A stretch of DNA of 64,000 nt from Chrysomallon squamiferum (lineage: Eukaryota; Animalia; Mollusca). The position numbers and the translations under genes were made by a program. This document shows, in pieces, positions 54,799-64,000 of the stretch (position 1 is its first letter; each line of letters begins with the position of its first letter). Below the pieces are notes generated by a model. That model ran no database searches. It saw only the letters and a program-made list of their open reading frames with translations, and was not told the origin of the DNA. The stretch is taken from positions 10,602,001 through 10,666,000 of the forward strand of contig CM022679.1 of NCBI GenBank assembly GCA_012295275.1, written 5' to 3'.

Positions 54799-57700
54799 AT
54801 GTGTACTGCCGTGAGCGTAAACAACTCGCCTCGGCCTGTCAATTGTGGTTCCAAAACATATGATTATTTACTGAAATTTTTATTGGTTGGTGATAGTGAT
54901 GTCGGAAAAGAAGAATTATTGTCCGGCATGGACGACGGAGCCTCTGAATCGCCGTATGGATACTCAAGTAGTGGTGGGTATTGTGAATGTTACCTTCTAT
55001 TTTAGAATCACATAATCATTTTGTTCCATATTAATCTTATACTGTACACAACACAGTACAGTGTACTCAGTAGACTGAGTACAATTCAGTAATGAATTGC
55101 AACTTACAATTGGTACTATTACTGTTAGTATGAGTAAGTAGTTTACAAATGAATTCAGCAATCACTTTGCTTACTAATTTAGTAGTTTTTATCATACTTT
55201 ACACTATCTGTATGTTTCGATGCTTGAGAAAATATTTTTATTTTATATTCATAAAACCATTAGATATAAGATGCATTTGAGTGCATTTCAGAACAGCTTT
55301 CAGGGTATTTTGTTTTAGAAGTGGAGTGTATGAATTGTGTTTGATTTACATGTGTGCTTCATTAAGATAATTTAAGAGACATTATTTATTTTTTGTTTAG
55401 ATATTATTGATAAATTCTACATTTTCTGTTCATTCAAATCTGAAATTGAAACATTAATTGATTGAAAATGTCACTTAATTGTGAGAATAATTTGCTGTCT
55501 CAACATTTTCAGCCATCAGTTTTAACATATACCCTAATTGATTAGTAAATCCAGTTAATTGTACCATTAGAATTACATTGAATATAGTCTTTTACTGGCC
55601 AGCTAATTACCTCAAGCATACTCCTTAATTTTTTAATATTAATTACACAACATTCTATATTTAAAAGTTAAAGAAAACTAATCTATTTTTAGCAGTATGT
55701 CACACATAACTGACGCATTGATATTTATAATGCTTAGAAATAAAACAGAACTACATTTAGATGTAATTATTACATGCTGTTTTATCATATATATTTTCAT
55801 TTGCACATTTGGTATTTTCATCATTTTGATCAAAGTTTCATAAAATTGTAATACTAAATACATGTTTTAGCTTTTGATCCAACAGATATTCAAATACTTT
55901 TTTTATTTTTTTTTAGTTTATGTTAATATTATGTTTTCTAATTTTCTAATTTTCTAAATCATTCTAAGATTGATTAAATCAGTTTCAAGCCATGTATTAT
56001 TATTATTATTTATTGATTATTTTCTTTTCTTCATTTAATTTTATTACTATTAAGTATTACTGTTACAGTTACTATTATTAGTAGCAGTATTTATTTATTT
56101 ATTTTAATATCTTTAATATTACTGATTTCAAACTTTTATAGCACATCATTCCATTCTCACTCATTATAACATATTGTACTTTTGTAAATAACTGTGCCAA
56201 GAATAAATATATTATTTTAATTTACATTTGCCACACCACTGACAAATGTTTCATTAACTAATAAATAGCTTCAGTCTAACTGAACTTTCAACACACATGA
56301 ATCTGATTAGGTTTGTGGGTTTTTTCACGGTTGTAGTCACATAATTATAACACACTGTAAACAGTTATTAACCTTGTTTATTGTACTACTAGATGTTTGT
56401 CAATAAAAACATGAAAACACTGCTACTCACAGTAAGCAGTAGTCGGATGCTAATCAGTATTATAAATAGCCTGTTTACATTTTTGTGTATGGCATGGTTT
56501 ACAAATGTCCACACTGTGTAAATAGAAAATGATAATTTTGTTGATTTCTGTCATCATTAATTATATTGTTAGATTTATCACTGATAAATAAATTCAGTTT
56601 CTCTATCTAATAATAAACAGCTCATTCTGGCATCAGTTCATTATTACTGAGGCCAAATTAATCGGACTACTGTATGAAAAATATCATTATGAATATAAAT
56701 ATGTATAACTATATTAACATCGAAACAGTATAATTAAAGAGATGCAATTTTTTGTTTATCTACTTGTTTATTTATGTGTTTGTGTTAATAAGGATTTGGG
56801 AATTTGCCTGTCCATAGCCAGATACCAAGTTCAGTAGGTCAAATGAAACAAGCATTCTTCTGTTTACTGTAATATACATTTTCATTTGTACATGCATATC
56901 CATGATATACATATGTAGATTAATGTTTACTTTATACATTTTACTAGGAAACAAACATTTTATTAGTCTGTCACTCAGAAGAGCAACTGGTTTCTTCAAA
57001 CAATTAAATTTATGCATGTAACATGCTCTGTTACTGTAAAATTGTAATATATACATTTTTATTTGAATTTGTATATTCACATAGGTATGTCAGTTAATGT
57101 TTGCAGTATACATTTTACAAGGAAACAACATTCTGTTACTTAAAATATTTAGTCTGTCAGTCATTTCAGTGACAGTTAATAAGAACATTTTACCCAGCTG
57201 AAAGCGTGTATAGTGTATTTTAAGGTAGAGAAGTGACAGTTTTTTTTCAGACAAATGTTGTTGTTTTGTGGAAATGAGATGGCTTTAAAAGTTTAAGAAA
57301 CATTTTTACTGGTAAAATGCAACATTTAATTTGACACCATTTATTTATTTACTTCTTCTTCTTTTTTTCTTCTTCTTCTTCTTATTATTATTACTCAACA
57401 GCAGTATAATAGAAGTATTTTTGTTTAAAACTCATACACACCCACCCATACACATACATTATTAGCTAAGTATATATGAAGTATTAATACAATTTAGAAA
57501 GCGAATAAAAAGATGTTTTAATATCTTTCAATTTTGTATGTTACTCAGTTTGTTGACATGACTCATGTTTACATGTAATTTATGTCTTTCCACACATATG
57601 AGCACATAGGATTTGATACTGGACAAAGTAATGAATAGTGTGCTTGCTAACAGATGTGATGGCTATAGAAAACAGATAATATTAGCAGTGAAATTGTATT

Positions 57701-58781
57701 TTGTAAAAAGAAAAAAAGACATCTCAAAATGTTACACAATAATAAAGAACATAAATACTTGAGTTTTGTTTGTTATTTTAAATTATTGATATTTTAAACT
57801 TTTATATTCAAACTTGGATTTTGTTACATGGAGACTTAACACTAGATAAAGAAAACGAATTTATTTCTAACATTCCCAGTCAAGTTTATTGATCTTGAAC
57901 TGTAAAGTAAATAGAAAAATAGAAAAATAAAACAAAAACAAATTAAAGAAAATATCTTGAACTTTGAAGACACATATGCTATTTATCATTATTAATAATG
58001 AGAAAGAACAGAAATCCCTAACATGAATTGAATGATAAGTATAATGACAAAAGTAAATTACTACAATAAAAATTAACATGATTATGACCCTCTGTTTATA
58101 GTATATGGATGTTGGTAAACAGTGTATAAACAAAAATGTAAACAGGCTGTTAAAATACTGATTGCCATCTTGACTACTGCTTATGTTGAGTTGAATGTTT
58201 TTTATAATGTTATTTACAAACTTCTAATGGTTCTGCTAACAATATGTTTTTAATAATTTGTTGATAGTCCTGTTATAACTTTGGTCAAAAACAACTTTTT
58301 TTTTTTTTTTTTTTGCTACTGGATATTTTACTTGTTGATCATTCTATAAAATATATAAAGTTTAATTATATCAAAATATTTTTCTATTTAGAACAAATGA
58401 ATAAACAAAACAGATGTTTTTTTTTTTTTTGCATTTTGCAAAGACTGATTTGAAGCTGTGCATTTAAATTTAAAAACATTTTTTTTTTTTCATGTACATG
58501 TATACAATAAATACCAGTTAATTTTATAATGAACATATTTTCTAATGTATGTGCTAATAATTATTTGTATTTACATGTTGTTGTTGTTTTTCTCATTTTC
58601 TATATATTTATTTGAATTTTGTAAAATTCATTTCAGGTATTGATTACAAAACAACAACTATACTTCTAGATGGCAAGCGAGTAAAACTTCAGTTGTGGTA
58701 CGTTTATATATAAAATAAAAACCTTTTCATTTAAATAGTTTAGTTATGAATTTCCCTGTTTAATGTGCAAGTTAAACAAGT

Positions 58782-58812
<31 letters not shown>

Positions 58813-61800
58813 TATTCAGTCTAACTCAGTAAGTGATGTATAATATGACTCAGTGAATTAAATTAATCTCTCTTTCTCTCAGTCTCATAAAGAACAATAT
58901 CAGTTTTCATTATTAATGCTATAATTTATATATACTTAAATTTTTAAGCAAATCAGATTTTAAAAGTTGCACTGAAAGCATTTTTTAAAATAAATAAATA
59001 AATAAATAATGAATTGCTTATTTTTTTAATATATATATTTAAATTAATTAATGGAAAATTTTATTTTACAGGGATGCTTCGGGTCAGGGCAGATTTTGCA
59101 CAATATTAAGATCATACTCAAGAGGAGCTCAGGTACATTGTCATATTTTTTATTATTATTATTTGTAAGGGAAATTATAACACTTTTTATGTTTTTTTTT
59201 ATTTCATTATTTATTTTTATTTTATTTTATTTTTTTAATATCATTTAATGTGTATTTATAAATTATTTTTTACTTTTTTAACTTAGAACTTATTTTGATC
59301 ATAATTCTGAAATTGTAATCTATATTTAACAAAATGTTTATTAATTATTTGTGTTTATCTGTCAGCATTACACAGATTAGCCCTTCAGGTATTAAAATTA
59401 TTTTCTTTTAAAAAAACTGAGACAGCCAAAAAAAAAAAAAAAAAAAAAAAAAAATTAGAGCAAAAGTGTATATTAAAAACATTTAAACTGTTGATGTCAT
59501 TAACATCTGTCATTATCAGTTAAGTGGATAAACCTTGAGGGCTTCAAGCTCTATTAGCCTCATTAGTGATTACTGAACAGAACTAACTAATAAAAAACAA
59601 AAAAACAAAAAACAGCATTATTATACATTTAAGTAGAAAATACAAAAAATTATGGTTGTGGTTTTATGTTTCATATTTTATGGCATGGTTCTTTGAATTC
59701 CTTGTATTTATAATTAACAGCATTTGGGCCAACAGGTGTTCTGTTGTTAATTCAAGAACCTAAAGCAATGATACCTAATAATGCAAATCATTCCTCTTAG
59801 ATGTGTTAATAAGTATATTTCCCATTCTGATTAATCTATGATGAATGATTATCACAGACCACAAATATTCATACAAAAGTTATCTTGCTGCTAATTGATA
59901 ATTTTCTATTGATTGGCAGCAAATTTCTTTTGACTTTAAATACATAAATACACTTAGACATCATTTACTGAATTCATAAACCTCTGTTTATGTGACAGAA
60001 GTTATGTTTATTTCTTAATTGCCAGAAAGAAAAATAAGTAAAAAAAATAGCCAGTGTAACAGCTGTATAAATCATCAGAGATGTACTCATCAAATAAACC
60101 TGTTTTTTATTTTACTGTTTATATCTGCACTAGTTTTAGCATTTTGGTTAACAAGTATTTTTGTGATAGAGAGGCTAACCTAAAAACAATAAAAATAAAA
60201 ATGAAAAAACTGATGAAGAAACCCAACATAGGTTATGCATTATTAAAAATGTATATTTAAATTGAATACATGCATGTGGCAGTGTCTGTCAGATCAGTTA
60301 AGTGTTTCATACATATTTCAGTCCACTGAAAAAGTTATATATGTTATGCATGATTATTTAATATACATTTCTCTGGCAAATTTCTCTAACAGATATTGAC
60401 AGAAACAGCTACCAAAAACACATCTGCATTTATGTATATACACATACGGACAAACACACTTACACTCACACTTGTATACATATCAGCACATATAGACACA
60501 CACAAAAAAAAATGTTTTACAATATTCCTCTTATACCTTGTTACATGTATACTGATTTTGAGTTTTAATGGTGTATGGCTTTCATCTTGCACTAACATTT
60601 CTATCACTGTCAGAGAGTGTTGATCAGGTAAATTTCAGTGGCTTTGAGCTTTATTAGCTTCATTACAGTCAAGTGTTTGCATCTGGAAACTGTTAGTAAC
60701 ACTGTTACACTATACACACAAATACTGAAGCTCACATTTACCACACCGTTAATAAGTGTATGTAGACTAACAACAGAGACGGATAGAATAGAAAAATGTC
60801 AAACAACCAGTTAACAAAGGCTGCTTTGTGCTGTAAAAATGCATATGATTTATGTGCAGCAGTGAAGCAGATCATCAAAGACTAACATGTTATATAATAT
60901 TTAGAAAAATAAATATGTAGGCTACTTGGTTTTAGTTTATAATGATACCAACAAAAATCATTGTTATATGAAAGATCTAAATGTTAAAGAATAATATTTT
61001 GTTACAACAGATGCATATATATGTCTGTGCACACATACACATGCACATGATCAACTAGACAAATATCTTGAAGATACAAGTACATAAAAACAACAAAAAA
61101 ACTTCTTTTGTAACATGAAATACTCTTGATGTATACTGAACCAGTTAAAATTGGAAAATCTTCTGTTAATACCAAGCCTGAATCCATGGAGATGGTAACT
61201 GTACCTTTGACAAGGGTTACAGCATTTTTTCTTTAAGCCCCCCACAACAGACAGACAGACAGACAAATGGACATGCAACTACTGATACTAAGAATGTGGT
61301 TTTAAATTATAATTTGCCATAAGACACACTGACATTTTTACACCCATATCAAAGTAGCTTAAATAAAAAAAAAAAAAAATTTAAATTAAGAAAATATGCA
61401 AACAAGACTACCATTTGATTTTCTTTTGTTTTGTTTTCTTTCATTCTTTCTTCCTTTAAAAAAACAACAACAAAATAAAAAAAACAGCAACAAAAACTTC
61501 TGTTATTGACACCTTAAAAAAACATAAACACAATACCAATAGTCATAGTGTTAAAAAAAAAAAAAACCACAATCATTTCCTTCCTCGACAGCTGAAAACA
61601 TCACTTGTTGATTACAAAACAGTTCTAGTAGTTCACTCCTGGGTGCTGCGGATTCCACACATTCCAAACAGGGCTATCCCACTATCTGTCTGCAGCTGTC
61701 TGTTGTGGTCTGTGTTACCAGCAGCAGCATTTTATTGATGTTCATTCCACTGCTAGAGGTTCCATTCATTAGGCTTACACTAAAGTCAGACACAGATTAT

Positions 61801-62658
61801 TAGTGTCAGTTGTCTTAACCTTTACCTTGTTAGTGGTATCTTACATAAATATTTGATGTTTGTTTCTGGACAGAGAACATAGTGAATACAGAAATTGGTA
61901 TTTAATATATGGGTGCGGGCTGTGGCACAGTTAATAAAATGTATTAAATACTACAATATGTAGTAAACTGAGACATATGGAGTTTAATAGCTCAAATTGA
62001 ATTCAGTTAAATAATATAAGTTAAACGGTATAGGTAGTATATTGTAAATATTTTAGGTTGCAAAATATTTCTTTACAATGGAAAAAGATGAGAGCATATT
62101 GTAATTTAATAGTACTAGCGCTGTATAACCTGCTTAAAAAAAAAAAAAAATGAAATTAAAAAAAATATGTTCTTTAAGGAATTACTAGATATGACTTACA
62201 GATGTTTCTGTTTACGTTTTATTTGATTGTGTGTTTATTGTGGTATTTGAAATTTTGAATTAAAATGAGTGCAGGTGTTAAACATATTTAATTTACTTGC
62301 TGTCTGCTCAACATACACAAATGCTGTATGAATAATTATACAACGTTTTTGAAGTTTTTCTACACACATTTGCATAACAATATTGCGAATATTAATGTAA
62401 AATGAATCATGACAGTATATAAATACATTTAATGGGAAAAAAGTTAGCAAACGATATATTGTGTGGGTAAGAAAGAGTGCATGTGTGTGTTGTTGTATAT
62501 GAGTCACGACAGCCAGATATATAATGCATAATATGTAATATGTGATTCAAAAATAATACATTTCATTACAAAGTAATCTTAGAATTAACTCCGAAATTAT
62601 ATAAATTAATTCAGAAAATTAATATTGCTGCAACTGATACTACCATTACTGCTACTGA

Positions 62659-62741
<83 letters not shown>

Positions 62742-63870
62742 CTTACTGTAACTAATGTTAGAAAAGTGTTTGCAAAAAAGAAATAAACACATAATAATCT
62801 CACTTTTTCTTGATATATTAATAATGTGCTTGAAAGGACTCCTGAATTTACTATTGCTTCCTATACGTTATATTGCAGCAGGTGCTGTAATGGATTCTGA
62901 ATGACTTCATTAAGTACTTTTATTTTCCAGGGCATTCTTCTGGTATATGACATAACAAACAGATGGTCATTTGATGGTATCAACAGATGGATAAAAGAAA
63001 TTGATGAAGTATGGCTCTTTCACATGATATAAACAAACATCGTAATTTCATACTGTTAATGATGGGTTTAATAACCTAAGTAATATTGCATATGAAAATA
63101 AAGTAATTATATAAAGGTTGGAAGAAATGAAATTAAATATTAATTTTAAAAACATATTTAAAATATATTTCAAGTTCAAATTTGTATTTGTTTATTTATT
63201 TATTTATTTATTTTAAGTTTTAATTTAAAAAAAAAAGAAAATTAATTTTAAAAATATGCTTTGATTTAAAGTTAATAAAAATTATTTCTTTTGTGAGGTA
63301 CAAAATTTTGCAATGTACAAAATCTTGTAACTTACTCATTGTGTTTCCTTTTGTTGTTTTTAAATGACATTATTCCTCAGGTGAAAATTTAATTTAAAAT
63401 CTTTATGGGATCACTGTAAAAAATATATCATACTTGAAACTAATATGAACATATATTCACAAAAATATTTCTTAGTTTTTATTTATTTTATTAGAATTAC
63501 TCTGTTATTATTTTTTTCCATTTGTTATGTTCCTGAATTAATGAAATTTTCAGTTTATTTTTTTTCAATTTACCTCCTTCATATGGTTATATATGACTTT
63601 TATGTTATTAAGACCACTCTTTAAAAAAAAATATATATATTTTATAGCATGCACCAGGTGTGCCTAAGATTCTTGTTGGAAATCGACTTCATCTTGCTTT
63701 CAAACGTCAGATAAGTGAATCAGCAGCAGAGACATATGCCATTAAGAATGACATGGCTTTCTTTGAGGTCAGTCCTCTCTGTGATTTTAATGTGACTGAA
63801 TCATTTGCCGAATTGTCAAGACTTGCTCTCAAACGAAATGGAATAAGTCGAGCATGGGGTCATAATAAAG
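54799..63870 (+). CDS. RAB40: Ras-related protein Rab-40 (partial; SOCS-box exon lies beyond the window)
   Basis: Exons: 54799-54973, 58637-58697, 59072-59132, 62931-63008, 63648-63870, with consistent phases. Motifs: [57 protein letters not shown], and the Rab40-diagnostic [13 protein letters not shown] and [11 protein letters not shown]. Confidence 0.95.
62657..62740. repeat. (CTA)n(ATA)n compound microsatellite in a RAB40 intron
   Basis: Adjacent trinucleotide runs. Confidence 0.93.
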
Positions 63871-64000
63871 GTAATTACAATATTCAGTGAAATTAAATTG
63901 AATAAGTAAAGCATGGAATATAATAAAGGTAATTTTAATTTTGAATGATGAAACAAATTGAAAAAATGGGCATGGAGTCATGGTAAAGGTAATTTTAATT
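63840..64000 (+). repeat. Degenerate ~59-bp tandem repeat (3 copies visible) spanning the RAB40 exon 5 donor
   Basis: GCATGG..(C/T)AT..TAAAG|GTAATT recurs, with GT at 63871, 63929 and 63989. Confidence 0.75.

Noticed and set aside
27873-63870. Programmed ribosomal frameshifting or RNA editing explaining the three frame breaks
   Set aside because: There is no shared slippery motif or stimulatory structure, and one break is a plain homopolymer indel. Consensus error is far more parsimonious.

Overview
AT-rich, microsatellite-dense animal DNA with spliceosomal introns. It is probably a mollusc or other lophotrochozoan (inferred from gene content and style). The window has two compartments. About 1-35 kb is gene-poor and retains CpG. 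It holds a single two-exon class-A neuropeptide GPCR (luqin/RYamide-receptor-like), a 37-bp minisatellite, a long fold-back and many simple repeats. About 35-64 kb is a compact, CpG-depleted housekeeping cluster of two head-to-head pairs: NTHL1(-)/PRPSAP(+) and PALB2(-)/RAB40(+), with RAB40 running off the right edge. The best findings are a highly divergent ~1400-aa PALB2 orthologue whose exon boundaries match human PALB2 as I recall it, a decayed tandem duplication of its 3' end, and a Tigger4/Zombi-like MITE in a PRPSAP intron. Three genes carry single frame breaks (GPCR, NTHL1, PALB2); these are most simply consensus errors. I found no evidence of a CRISPR-like or otherwise new multi-gene system. 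All family calls come from motif recognition, not database searches.
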